The position numbers and the translations under genes are program-made. Positions 40,136 through 49,022 of a DNA stretch of 64,000 bases are shown piece after piece. The stretch is from Klebsiella phage KP182, in sequence record OM337876.1; one strand, 5' to 3'. Numbering within the stretch: position 1 is the first letter of the stretch; every line of letters begins with the position of its first letter. The notes below the pieces were generated by a model, which saw only the letters and a program-made list of their open reading frames with translations, ran no database searches and was not told the DNA's origin.

Positions 40136-40191
40136 TCTATTTCCTATTCTGTGGTGTTAACCATCCGTGGTCTAATTATAATTCCTTTTTA

Positions 40192-42438
40192 TTAAAGCTT
40201 ACAGGCCGCGCAGTCAGCAGAATCTTGAATCATATCATCGTTACCAGAACCATCACGGGTGTTATGATAGTAAAGAGTCTTACCGCCAAAGTACCAGAAA
40301 TAAAGCAAGTCGTCCATCATTACCGACATTTCAACTTTGCCTTTAGGGAAATTCGCCGGGTCGTAATAAGTATTAGCAGAGATGCTTTGGTCAACAAATT
40401 TCTGCATAATCAGAACTTGGTTCAGATAAGGCTTATTACCCTGTTTCGCGAGCTGCCAGGCATAATCATAAAGGGAAGCATTGTGTTCAACGTTTGGAAC
40501 GACTTGGTTGAAACTTCCTTCTTTTGATTCTTTAACTGACACTGGTCCACGTGGTGGTTCAATACCGTTGGTAGAGTTTGATACCTGGCTTGACGATTCG
40601 CATGGCATAAGCGCAGATAGCGTTGAATTTCGGATACCGTATCGCTTGAGGTCTTCTCGCAGGAGTTCCCAATCACAGACATAGTTTGGGGCTGCGAGTT
40701 GGTCAATCCTTTCATTGTACCAATCAATAGGCAGTTCACCACGTCCGTATCGTGTTTCTTTGTAAAGCGTGCACGGACCTTTTTCGCTAGCAAGTTTAAC
40801 CGAGGCTTTGATGAGTGCATATTGAATACGTTCCATCATTTCGTGAGTAATATCATTAGCATCTGCGTATGAAGCAAAGTTGCTTGCTAACCAAGCTGCA
40901 TAGTTAGTAATACCAACACCTAGTGCTCGACGGTCTTTAGCTTTTAATGCTTTGTTTACAGGATAGTCTTGGTAATCCAAAAGGTTATCCAAAGCCCTTA
41001 CCATTACTTCTGCGATTTCGTTAACTTCTTCTTGGTCTTGCCAGTTAAAGTTGTCGAGTACGAATGCTGCGAGTGTACATAGCGCGATTTCGCCATCTTC
41101 TTGGCCAACATCCGAAGTTGGTAACGCAATTTCGAGGCAGAGGTTTGATTGCTTAACCGTAGCCACATCACGAATAAAAGGACCATATTCACCAACGTTA
41201 TCTACCATGTACGGGTAAATTCGAGCAGTACCAGCACGTTCAGTAAGGAACAACTCAAACAGTTCACGAGCTTTAATACGTTTCTTTCTTATATCTGGGT
41301 TCTTTTCCAGTTCTTCATATAATGTACGGAACGCTTGAGCATCACGGAAATATTCGGTGTACAAAGTCCCCAAGCATACATCGGGACTAAACAGAGTGAT
41401 GTAATCATTCTTAATCAAACGTTCAATCATCAGGTTATTAATCTGAACGCCATAATCTAAATGACGAATACGGTTTTCATCTACACCTTTGTTGTTCTTA
41501 AGTACGAGGAGGTTTTCAACTTCCAAGTGCCAGATTGGATAGTACAGTGTCGCCGCCCCGCCGCGGACTCCACCTTGGGAGCAGGACTTAACTGCGGTTT
41601 GGAAGTGTTTCCAGAAAGGAATAACACCAGTATGCTTGACTTCACCGAATCCAATTTTTGATCCTTCTGCACGAATCATCCCCGCATTAATACCAATACC
41701 AGCACGCTTACTAATGTATTTCGTAATTGATGCAGCGGCTTCGTTAATTGAATTAAGACTATCACCACCTTCAATAACCACACATGAACTGAACTGGCGT
41801 GTCGGAGTACGAACACCAGACATAATTGGCGTTGGCAATGAAATCTTTTTAGTAGAAACTGCATCATAGAAACGAATAACGTTTGCTAAACGATTTTCGC
41901 CATCATCTTGGTGCAAGCACATGCCGATCAGCATAAAAGCAAATTGTGGAGTTTCATACAATTCACCAGTGTGACGGTCTTTTACGAGATACTTCTCAAT
42001 AAGCTGCATTGTTCCAGCATAAGTCATAGTGAAATCACGCTCATGCTTAATATAAGAATCAAGCAAAGTAATTTCTTCCGCAGACCACTTACTTAGAATT
42101 TCTTTATCGTACTTGTTTGCGTTAACGCATCGGGAAATGTGGTCAATAAATGCAGGCGGTTCAAACTGTCCATAAACACGTTTACGGATTTCAAACATGG
42201 CTGCATTGGATGCTACATATTGATAATCTGGCTCATCAATAGAAATGCTATTCGCTGCTACCTTAACGATAGTCTTCTGGATATCTGCAGTGCTCATGCC
42301 ATCACGCAGATGGGATTTAATAATTTCATACAACTCGTATGGGTCTACTTTAGTTCCTTCGCATGCCCATTCGAGGACTTTAATGATTTTCTGCATGTCA
42401 AATTCTTGACTAACACCTGAGCTCTTAATTACTTGCAT
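40192..42438 (-). CDS. nrdA: Ribonucleotide reductase large subunit
   Basis: 748 aa against 754 aa in T4. Class Ia R1 with the C-terminal CxxC redox pair. Confidence 0.95.
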   Translation of the reverse strand: MQVIKSSGVSQEFDMQKIIKVLEWACEGTKVDPYELYEIIKSHLRDGMSTADIQKTIVKVAANSISIDEPDYQYVASNAAMFEIRKRVYGQFEPPAFIDHISRCVNANKYDKEILSKWSAEEITLLDSYIKHERDFTMTYAGTMQLIEKYLVKDRHTGELYETPQFAFMLIGMCLHQDDGENRLANVIRFYDAVSTKKISLPTPIMSGVRTPTRQFSSCVVIEGGDSLNSINEAAASITKYISKRAGIGINAGMIRAEGSKIGFGEVKHTGVIPFWKHFQTAVKSCSQGGVRGGAATLYYPIWHLEVENLLVLKNNKGVDENRIRHLDYGVQINNLMIERLIKNDYITLFSPDVCLGTLYTEYFRDAQAFRTLYEELEKNPDIRKKRIKARELFELFLTERAGTARIYPYMVDNVGEYGPFIRDVATVKQSNLCLEIALPTSDVGQEDGEIALCTLAAFVLDNFNWQDQEEVNEIAEVMVRALDNLLDYQDYPVNKALKAKDRRALGVGITNYAAWLASNFASYADANDITHEMMERIQYALIKASVKLASEKGPCTLYKETRYGRGELPIDWYNERIDQLAAPNYVCDWELLREDLKRYGIRNSTLSALMPCESSSQVSNSTNGIEPPRGPVSVKESKEGSFNQVVPNVEHNASLYDYAWQLAKQGNKPYLNQVLIMQKFVDQSISANTYYDPANFPKGKVEMSVMMDDLLYFWYFGGKTLYYHNTRDGSGNDDMIQDSADCAACKL

Positions 42439-42463
42439 AAGTCCTCTGTAGTAAGTTACCCCA

Positions 42464-42471
42464 TATAAATA
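42464..42471 (+). promoter_or_regulatory. Late promoter driving the homing endonuclease gene
   Basis: TATAAATA 20 nt before an AGGAGA RBS. Confidence 0.65.
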
Positions 42472-42491
42472 TAATTATATAGGAGAATATA

Positions 42492-43223
42492 ATGGAATCT
42501 GGAATATATGTTATTATAAACACTAAAACTAATAAGCACTATATAGGAAGTGCAATTAATTTTGAAGAACGATGGAAACGACACTTTAAAGATTTAGATA
42601 ATGGAAATCACCATTCAATAAAGTTGCAACGCTCTTATAATAAGCATGGGAAAGATGCTTTCGTATGTAAAATCATAGAAGAACTTCCATACGAAAAGTC
42701 TATCATCATTGAACGCGAAAACTATTGGATGCGTGAATATGACTCAAAGGAAAATGGATATAACATAGCAGACGCATCGTTTGGAGATACCTTATCTAAT
42801 CATCCAAGAAAGCAAGAAATCCTCAATAAGATTTCAAACGCGATAAAAGATAATAATTCAAAATTATCGTCAGAAGAACTCAAGCGCAAGCATGGTAGGC
42901 CAAGCAGTATTAAAGGCAAAACTATAGAAGAGCAATACGGCTTAGAACGTGCAATAGAAATAAGCAAAAAGTTCCAAGAAAGAAATACCACGCTTAATAT
43001 GAAAGGCAATAATAATCCATATTATGGGAAGACACATACCGATGAAGCCAGAAAACGAATTTCTGACTCACAAAGAGGTAAAAAGAAACCCCATCTAAGA
43101 GTAAGTATAGATGGGGTAGAATATCCAACAATTGCTGAAGCGGTTAGGCTTACTGGAATAAGCAGAAAGCTTATAACTAAAAGGTGCTCACTTGATTGCT
43201 GGGAAACATATTTATACTGCTAA
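42492..43223 (+). CDS. Free-standing GIY-YIG homing endonuclease (Seg/I-TevI-like)
   Basis: 243 aa. GIY-YIG module GIYVIINTKTNKHYIGSA...ERW..H. Two NUMOD3-like repeats (NNPYYGKTHTDEARKRIS). C-terminal HTH (IAEAVRLTGISRKLI). On the strand opposite its neighbours. Confidence 0.85.
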   Translation: MESGIYVIINTKTNKHYIGSAINFEERWKRHFKDLDNGNHHSIKLQRSYNKHGKDAFVCKIIEELPYEKSIIIERENYWMREYDSKENGYNIADASFGDTLSNHPRKQEILNKISNAIKDNNSKLSSEELKRKHGRPSSIKGKTIEEQYGLERAIEISKKFQERNTTLNMKGNNNPYYGKTHTDEARKRISDSQRGKKKPHLRVSIDGVEYPTIAEAVRLTGISRKLITKRCSLDCWETYLYC

Positions 43224-44095
43224 ACTGCCATTTTCCCCTTAATTGTTGGGTGAGATTTATATCCTTTAAGAACAAAGTCAGATGGTTTCATCATTCCTGT
43301 AACCCAAGCTAATTGTTCTTCTGTTGTTAATTCATGAAATTCTTTATCTTTTACTGGAGGCCAATAATTAATTTCAAGTTCACAAAGTTCTTTCGGTTCT
43401 CGACGCAAGATTTCTTTACACTGCTCAATATGGTTCAGATAAATGTGAGTGTTACCACCAGTGAATACCAAATGCCCAGGTTTAAGATTTGTCATTTTAG
43501 CAATGATATGAACTAGTGCTGCATATGACGCAATATTGAAGGGGAGGCCAAGGAATACATCTACAGAACGCTGATACCATTGGAGGTCAAGATGCCCCTG
43601 ACGAACGTTAAATTGATACAGCAAATGACATGGTGGCAATGCCATCTTATCCAAATCAACCGGGTTCCATGCAGTCACAATCTGACGACGGTCATACGGA
43701 AGTTGCTTGATACGGTCAATGATCAATTTCAGTTGGTCAACACCCATGAAATCTCGCCATTGCTTACCATACACAGGACCTAACTCACCGCCAGAATATC
43801 CCATGTCTTTAGCTTGATTTTCATAATTGTCGTCCCATACAGTTTTGCCTTCGAGCAATGAACCATGCTGAATAAGACGCAATTCATGGACATTAGTAGA
43901 CCCTTGCAAGAACCAAAGCATCTCTGCAATACACGCTTTCCACGCAAGACGCTTGGTAGTTACTGCCGGAAATCCCTCTTGTAAATCAAACCGATGTTGA
44001 GTACCAAACTTTGCAATAGTACCGGTACCAGTACGGTCATCCGTCTCATAGCCGTTTTCAAAAATGTCTTTAATTAATTCTTGGTATTCACGCAT
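43220..44095 (-). CDS. td: Thymidylate synthase, intron-less
   Basis: Start taken at MREYQELIKDIFENGYETDDRTGTGT, which matches the T4 TS N-terminus (M.QYQDLIKDIFENGYETDDRTGTGT), with an AGGAAA RBS. Uninterrupted ORF of 291 aa. Confidence 0.9.
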   Translation of the reverse strand: MREYQELIKDIFENGYETDDRTGTGTIAKFGTQHRFDLQEGFPAVTTKRLAWKACIAEMLWFLQGSTNVHELRLIQHGSLLEGKTVWDDNYENQAKDMGYSGGELGPVYGKQWRDFMGVDQLKLIIDRIKQLPYDRRQIVTAWNPVDLDKMALPPCHLLYQFNVRQGHLDLQWYQRSVDVFLGLPFNIASYAALVHIIAKMTNLKPGHLVFTGGNTHIYLNHIEQCKEILRREPKELCELEINYWPPVKDKEFHELTTEEQLAWVTGMMKPSDFVLKGYKSHPTIKGKMAV

Positions 44096-44405
44096 TAAAT
44101 TTTTCCTGAAGAGGTGTAAAGAAAAGCTGATTCCCACGCTTTTCAAATCGCCCAATAATAGACACTACATCATCTTTGACCATCACATTGCCATGTGACA
44201 TTCCGATGAACATCTTCTTATAATCACGTTCAATTTCAATAGGTATATTTCCATTTCGGTTATATACTGTAGTTGAACCGTTATAAGTGCTAAGACCATT
44301 ATAACTGAAAACTAGAAGATGAATACCATGCTTAAATGGAAATCTTTTCCACTTCTTTTGGACTTTGTCTTCTGATAGCTGAGTGATATCATAGTTTGCG
44401 CTCAT
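44088..44405 (-). CDS. Hypothetical protein inserted between frd and td
   Basis: 105 aa with a GAGGTG RBS. Overlaps both neighbours. frd and td abut directly in T4. Confidence 0.55.
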   Translation of the reverse strand: MSANYDITQLSEDKVQKKWKRFPFKHGIHLLVFSYNGLSTYNGSTTVYNRNGNIPIEIERDYKKMFIGMSHGNVMVKDDVVSIIGRFEKRGNQLFFTPLQEKFNA

Positions 44406-44988
44406 AGACCACCTCTGAAATGTTAGTCACTTCATCAATATGATACCAATGATTTTCAATAACTTTAAACCCAGAGTTTTCATAGGTTGGAGCCACTACA
44501 AACGCAATAGGCAGAGTGACATCAGAATTCACTCTATGACTTTTTCTGATGATTGTTTGGATAACCTTATCTGCGTATGGATATGCCTTCTGGATGATTC
44601 CGGCACCGCCTATCACTGAATATTTTTCATTACGATTAAAGATAATAGTCAGGTTATACGATGTATGAGCGGCAAGGTGTTCACCACCTAAAAATTCCAT
44701 AAATTCTTCTTCACTAGCATACGCGTCAGCAAAAAATCCGTTTTTAGCTGTTGCCAGGTCTCGATTCATATCCTGGATAACGATTGTCTTACGCCCAGGA
44801 AGAGGTTCAGGAAAACTCATAAAAGTCTTTGCTCCGCAAATCAAGATAGTATCTCGAGTACGATTAGCAAAGTTTTTCATGTCCTGGGAAATATGTTTCC
44901 ATGGAAGACCATCGCCTAAGCCGAAAGCATTTTCATTTTTGCCGTCTACAGTTTTTGTAGGAGCAAAGGCATAAACTATTTGAATCAT
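44389..44988 (-). CDS. frd: Dihydrofolate reductase
   Basis: 199 aa. FGLGDGLPW and VIGG motifs. Resembles T4 Frd. Confidence 0.9.
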   Translation of the reverse strand: MIQIVYAFAPTKTVDGKNENAFGLGDGLPWKHISQDMKNFANRTRDTILICGAKTFMSFPEPLPGRKTIVIQDMNRDLATAKNGFFADAYASEEEFMEFLGGEHLAAHTSYNLTIIFNRNEKYSVIGGAGIIQKAYPYADKVIQTIIRKSHRVNSDVTLPIAFVVAPTYENSGFKVIENHWYHIDEVTNISEVVYERKL

Positions 44989-45091
44989 TTAGACCTCAGC
45001 AAAATTTAGACATATAAAAATAATCCTAATATAACGCCGCTAATAAAAGCGGCAGTAACAGAAATTAACAAAACTACTAATTCAGCCTCAA

Positions 45092-45370
45092 TCATTTCTT
45101 GGCCTTAGCAAGTTTAAATGCTTTTTTGAATTCTTCAACATCTTCAACAGGAATCCAGAAGCCTGAGCCATACCCATCTTCATAGCATGGGCAGTTATCA
45201 CAGTAATCATTCCAATAGACAGTTTCACCACCCATAGTGAATGGAGCTTCCATTTGGCATAATACTTCTTCAACACGCTCTAATTCTTCTGGGTTTTTAT
45301 CGCAAATGCAGAAATTCCATTTACCACGATATTCAGAACCAAGTTTGATGCTTTGACGTTGAAGTTTCAT
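45092..45370 (-). CDS. Hypothetical Cys-rich protein (frd.1-like position)
   Basis: 92 aa with a CxC...C...CDNCPC pattern. Confidence 0.5.
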   Translation of the reverse strand: MKLQRQSIKLGSEYRGKWNFCICDKNPEELERVEEVLCQMEAPFTMGGETVYWNDYCDNCPCYEDGYGSGFWIPVEDVEEFKKAFKLAKAKK

Positions 45371-45395
45371 TTTTTTATTCTCCAGTAGATTATGG

Positions 45396-45428
45396 AGCTA
45401 TACTATCACAAGCATAGCTCCGTGTAAA
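45396..45428 (-). promoter_or_regulatory. Early-type promoter inside an 8-bp inverted repeat
   Basis: ggagctat-actatcacaagc-atagctcc. On the minus strand: GTTTAC, 17 nt, then TGATAGTAT. Confidence 0.45.
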
Positions 45429-45431
45429 CAG

Positions 45432-45689
45432 TTATTCTTCAAAATCTTCCATAAAGTAATCAATATCTTCCCAATCGTTTGCTTCTAACCAAGCACGAAC
45501 TGCTTCTTTAGAACCACGGAGGTCAATATTTGGCCAACCGCCACCAGGGCCTTCTTTAATAACTAAATCAAAATCAATACCATGGTCAGTGTCATAAAAA
45601 CGTGAACCATCTTCAAAAATCAAATCAGTACAAAATCCTGATTTATTGATGTAAGGTTCTGCCACGATATCAATGTTTAATTTACCCAT
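45432..45689 (-). CDS. Hypothetical protein (frd.2-like position)
   Basis: 85-aa ORF. Confidence 0.5.
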   Translation of the reverse strand: MGKLNIDIVAEPYINKSGFCTDLIFEDGSRFYDTDHGIDFDLVIKEGPGGGWPNIDLRGSKEAVRAWLEANDWEDIDYFMEDFEE

Positions 45690-45725
45690 GATGTTTTCCT
45701 CTACTCGTTTTGTTTCGATGTAGAT

Positions 45726-45755
45726 ATAGTATCACTCATCAACTGGCTTGTAAAC
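45726..45755 (-). promoter_or_regulatory. Early-type promoter
   Basis: On the minus strand: GTTTAC, 17 nt, then ATACTAT. Confidence 0.45.
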
Positions 45756-45792
45756 AATTTTGTGAAAATATTTTTGGAGGGATAAAGAAAAA

Positions 45793-45812
45793 GGGACCCG
45801 AAGGTCCCTTAT
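45793..45812 (-). terminator. Terminator after gene 32
   Basis: agggacc-cgaa-ggtccct with flanking A/T runs. Confidence 0.7.
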
Positions 45813-45813
45813 A

Positions 45814-46731
45814 TTAGAGGTCGTTCAAAATATCATTCAGATCGTCATCGCCAACACTGTCACCAGCATCGCCCATGATATCGTCTGCGGAACGAGAAGA
45901 GGTCGGTTTGGATTCAAAATCAGACAGGTCTTTGTCAAAGGAATCCAGGTCATCGCCAATTTTATCGGCTTGAGCTGCTGCTTTGGCCGCGGCACCACCA
46001 AGAGCTGCTGTACCCATAATCTGTTTAAATTTGGCTTCGTTAACTTCAAACGATTTAAACTGAGATGGAGCCACAATTTCGCTGAGGTCAGCCATATTTT
46101 CGGTCAGGAATTTCTGAGTTTCTTCATCATTGATGTTTGCAATCTCGGACTGACCAAGGAATTTACATTCATCATAGTTCTGGAAACCACCGACTTTCTT
46201 AACTTTCATGACGAAGTTTGCACCTTCATACACGCAAGTTACATCAACCGGAGTTTCACCCATATCAACATCGACTTCAACCATCGCGTTGATTTTGTCC
46301 ATAATTTTCTGACCGAAACGGAATTTGAATACTTTGCCTTCGTTTTCTGGGTTAGCCGGGTCTTTAATAACCAGGATGTTAGACCAGAAAGAAGTTTTAC
46401 GTTTCAGAAGCTTATATTCAGCTGGGTTGCTGTTATAAGAATCATTTTTACTCAGATGAGCACAAACCGGGCAAGAATCAAAATCACCGTGAGTAGAAGT
46501 ACAATTTTCGATGTACCATTTACCGCCATGTTTGAAACCGTGATTGATCAGTTTTACAAACGGTAGAGAGTTTTCATCTTTACCAGGCAGGAAGCGAATT
46601 ACTGCTTGACCATTACCAGCATTATCGGTCTTCAGTTTCCATTCGTTTTTATCTTCATTAGAGAAAGAAGAACCACCTTTCAGACCAGCCAGTTGTTGTT
46701 GAAGTTGAGCAGGATTTTTACGCTTGAACAT
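45814..46731 (-). CDS. 32: Single-stranded DNA-binding protein gp32
   Basis: 305 aa against 301 aa in T4. Zn site (C...HxC...C). Acidic Ser/Asp-rich C-terminus. Confidence 0.95.
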   Translation of the reverse strand: MFKRKNPAQLQQQLAGLKGGSSFSNEDKNEWKLKTDNAGNGQAVIRFLPGKDENSLPFVKLINHGFKHGGKWYIENCTSTHGDFDSCPVCAHLSKNDSYNSNPAEYKLLKRKTSFWSNILVIKDPANPENEGKVFKFRFGQKIMDKINAMVEVDVDMGETPVDVTCVYEGANFVMKVKKVGGFQNYDECKFLGQSEIANINDEETQKFLTENMADLSEIVAPSQFKSFEVNEAKFKQIMGTAALGGAAAKAAAQADKIGDDLDSFDKDLSDFESKPTSSRSADDIMGDAGDSVGDDDLNDILNDL

Positions 46732-46800
46732 ATGATTACCTTTTTAATTTAACAGTTGTTGTTGCAACATGGGTCCTTGCAACTGGACGATAGATTAATT
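46732..46800 (-). promoter_or_regulatory. Gene 32 translational operator (autoregulatory leader)
   Basis: The mRNA leader ...GUUGCAAGGACCCAUGUUGCAAC... has pseudoknot-capable repeats. It is followed by the A/U-rich UUAAAUUAAAAAGGUAAUC-AUG, which parallels the T4 gene 32 operator. Confidence 0.5.
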
Positions 46801-47461
46801 ATATACTAATTTCTTTACAAGATTTGATTATGCTAATAAAGAGTTTCTTAGCTTCAGCACCGTCAACGTTTAAAAGTTTTTTATAAGCTTTTAATTTAGT
46901 GGAGTAATTGCTCCAAACTAAGTTATCCGTTGCAGTATCATGTGTATTTATTATATCTAAAAACGAGTCAAGCATGATGAATGTCTCGAAAGATATAACG
47001 TTTGACTGAAGAAGTTTGAACACATAAGATGTTCCGACTTTCTCATTATATTCAAAAATATCATGAAGCTTATCTACATTAACTTTCTTAGCAAAGTAGT
47101 AAATATTCTTTACATCTTCCGAGAACGTTGTTTTGATTTGCTTCAACTTACCGATATATTCACGATAGAATATCAACGCGTCAGCGTCACTGATATCACC
47201 AATCCAAGCGTCTTGATTAGCTACAAGATTGCTCATGAATATCAGAGTCAATTCCTTTAGCGTATACTTCTCGGCAAGTTTCTCAAAAAAATACTTGTCT
47301 CTGCGCTTTTGATAAGCTTTATCAGAGACACGCATGACCCAATTATACTTAACAACATCATAACGACCAGCGAAGTGTTGTTTGAGCATTAAATATAAAA
47401 GATAAACGCTCTTACCGTTAACGTATCTATTATTGTTTTGGGGCATGCGTAGACGAATCAT
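46799..47461 (-). CDS. 59: Helicase loader gp59
   Basis: 220 aa against 217 aa in T4. DGKSVY.LYLM.KQH..G.YDV.KYNW.MRVSD.AYQKRRDKYFF is shared with T4 gp59 as I recall it. Confidence 0.93.
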   Translation of the reverse strand: MIRLRMPQNNNRYVNGKSVYLLYLMLKQHFAGRYDVVKYNWVMRVSDKAYQKRRDKYFFEKLAEKYTLKELTLIFMSNLVANQDAWIGDISDADALIFYREYIGKLKQIKTTFSEDVKNIYYFAKKVNVDKLHDIFEYNEKVGTSYVFKLLQSNVISFETFIMLDSFLDIINTHDTATDNLVWSNYSTKLKAYKKLLNVDGAEAKKLFISIIKSCKEISI

Positions 47462-47757
47462 AATAAAAAATCCAGACTATTCGTTTTATGTGTTTGACTA
47501 AATGATGGTCGAAGCATATTTTCTTCTAATGCTTCTGACATAATTTTTTCTATGATTGCAGGTGGAATATATCTACTGAAGTTTCCCTCAGGAATAGAAT
47601 TTTCTTCTAGCCATTGTGTCGTTGCCTCGAGATACCCCATTCCAAGTTCTGTTACCATAGATTCGATAGCAAATCCATTAGCTTGCTTATCTAGCAGCTG
47701 GTTAATGGATTCGGAGGGGGATGTGTCCCCCTCGTCTTTAAGCGAAAATAGAGTCAT
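47458..47757 (-). CDS. 33: Late transcription co-activator gp33
   Basis: 99 aa. The C-terminus EENSIPE..F...IP..IIEKI.SEA..EN.LRPS....KTN.LDFLL matches T4 gp33. Confidence 0.85.
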   Translation of the reverse strand: MTLFSLKDEGDTSPSESINQLLDKQANGFAIESMVTELGMGYLEATTQWLEENSIPEGNFSRYIPPAIIEKIMSEALEENMLRPSFSQTHKTNSLDFLL

Positions 47758-48019
47758 AAGCTTCTACCACTTCATCTTTTTCAGTTTCGTAACGATCGCG
47801 TGTACCTTTATGGAACAGAGCAAGCAGTTGATTAAACAGTTTTCCTTCTACGCCAAGTTCTTTCTTGGCGCGGTCTTTAATGTCTTTGTTAAGCTCAAGA
47901 TAGCTTTCTGCTTTTAGCTTATTACCTGAGGCTTCCTTAATCATATCTCGCAGAGCCTGTCCGTGTACTGCTTCATCAAATACTACTTGCTCTTTTTCTT
48001 TCTTAGCCATTATATTCAC
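47738..48019 (-). CDS. dsbA: dsDNA-binding protein DsbA
   Basis: 93 aa. Resembles T4 DsbA (MAKKE.VEFDEA.HG...KELGV.GK.FN.LLAL.HK). Confidence 0.85.
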   Translation of the reverse strand: MNIMAKKEKEQVVFDEAVHGQALRDMIKEASGNKLKAESYLELNKDIKDRAKKELGVEGKLFNQLLALFHKGTRDRYETEKDEVVEAYDSIFA

Positions 48020-48020
48020 C

Positions 48021-48947
48021 TTAAAAGTTGTTTATTTCTTTCATTAATTTAGACAGACCGGATTTAACAAAGTAGCTATAAATTTTACCACGACCCGGTA
48101 GTTGATAGTTATTATAACAATCTAAAATGTTAGCAACAATGTCTTCACGGATGTAATCAAAATCGATTAACACTCGGTTTTCTAAGAAACGCTTATACTG
48201 TTCTTCAGTAAGCAAATCTTTGATGTTTTCGCCAGCATCAAGACATTCTTCAACAAACGTCATTTTCGTTGAAGGAGTGCGCTCGCCATCAACATGGGTG
48301 TACCAAAAATCTGAACGAACTTTAATAGAAGCTACGTTATCTTTCTTATCACCCTTAATAATTTTAACCATGCAATCTAAAGCAGGAGAGCCGGTTTTAG
48401 ATTTCACTAATTTCTTCTGCATTGGTGACCATTGCTTAACATTAGGATACTTATGCAATTGAGTAAAGTCACCATCCGAAGAAACAATCATAACCGGATG
48501 GCCTTCGAGACTGAACTTTTTGGTTAATACCGCAATGCTGTCATCAGCTTCAGCTTTATCAATATCAATGACATAATAAGGCATATACTGCTTAAATTCA
48601 TCGATTACAGTACGAAGACCTTCAAAGTAACCTTCCCAGTCCCAATTGGATTCTTCGCGGGCTTTAGCACGGTTCTTTTTATAGTAATATGCTACGTCCC
48701 GACGCCAATACCCATTAACTGCGTTATCAACGCAGATGACAATTTTAGTGTATCCATCTTTCTTCCACTTAAAAGCATTAAATTTTAAAGTAGAAAGAAT
48801 AAGATGACGAACCATAGGAGTGGTTAGTTTGTCACCTTCTTTATACGTATGAAGAATTGTCGCCATTGCAATTTGTGACAAGTCAATTAAAATGACGCCC
48901 TCTTTTACCTGGTCTTCTTCGGCGAATAAGCAATTTAAATCAGACAT
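48021..48947 (-). CDS. rnh: RNase H (5'-3' exonuclease / flap endonuclease)
   Basis: 308 aa against 305 aa in T4. Start taken at the ATG with a GAGGT RBS, since the track's first codon is TTG. VRHLIL...KF, KNR.KAREES.WDWEGYFE and DGDFTQLHKYPNVKQWSPM are near-identical to T4. Confidence 0.92.
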   Translation of the reverse strand: MSDLNCLFAEEDQVKEGVILIDLSQIAMATILHTYKEGDKLTTPMVRHLILSTLKFNAFKWKKDGYTKIVICVDNAVNGYWRRDVAYYYKKNRAKAREESNWDWEGYFEGLRTVIDEFKQYMPYYVIDIDKAEADDSIAVLTKKFSLEGHPVMIVSSDGDFTQLHKYPNVKQWSPMQKKLVKSKTGSPALDCMVKIIKGDKKDNVASIKVRSDFWYTHVDGERTPSTKMTFVEECLDAGENIKDLLTEEQYKRFLENRVLIDFDYIREDIVANILDCYNNYQLPGRGKIYSYFVKSGLSKLMKEINNF

Positions 48948-48979
48948 TTGAACCTCGTTCAATTAGTTAGTACAGCCAT

Positions 48980-48987
48980 TATAAATA
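48980..48987 (+). promoter_or_regulatory. Late promoter for gene 34
   Basis: TATAAATA 35 nt upstream of the ATG at 49023. An AGGAGA RBS follows. Confidence 0.65.
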
Positions 48988-49022
48988 CTTCTATAATGAA
49001 GCATAACCCCATAGGAGACTCT

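Noticed and set aside
40225-42420. Multiple 60-130-aa ORFs on both strands inside nrdA
   Set aside because: All lie within the 748-aa RNR large-subunit gene. They are out-of-frame or antisense artefacts.
44095-44155. 20-codon N-terminal extension of thymidylate synthase
   Set aside because: The T4 TS N-terminus aligns to the internal Met (MREYQELIKDIFENGYETDDRTGTGT), which has its own RBS. The extension would overlap the upstream ORF.
48948-49022. TTG-initiated 25-codon extension of gp34
   Set aside because: The T-even gp34 N-terminus aligns from the ATG at 49023, which has an AGGAGA RBS. The extension would overlap the rnh start region and the late promoter.
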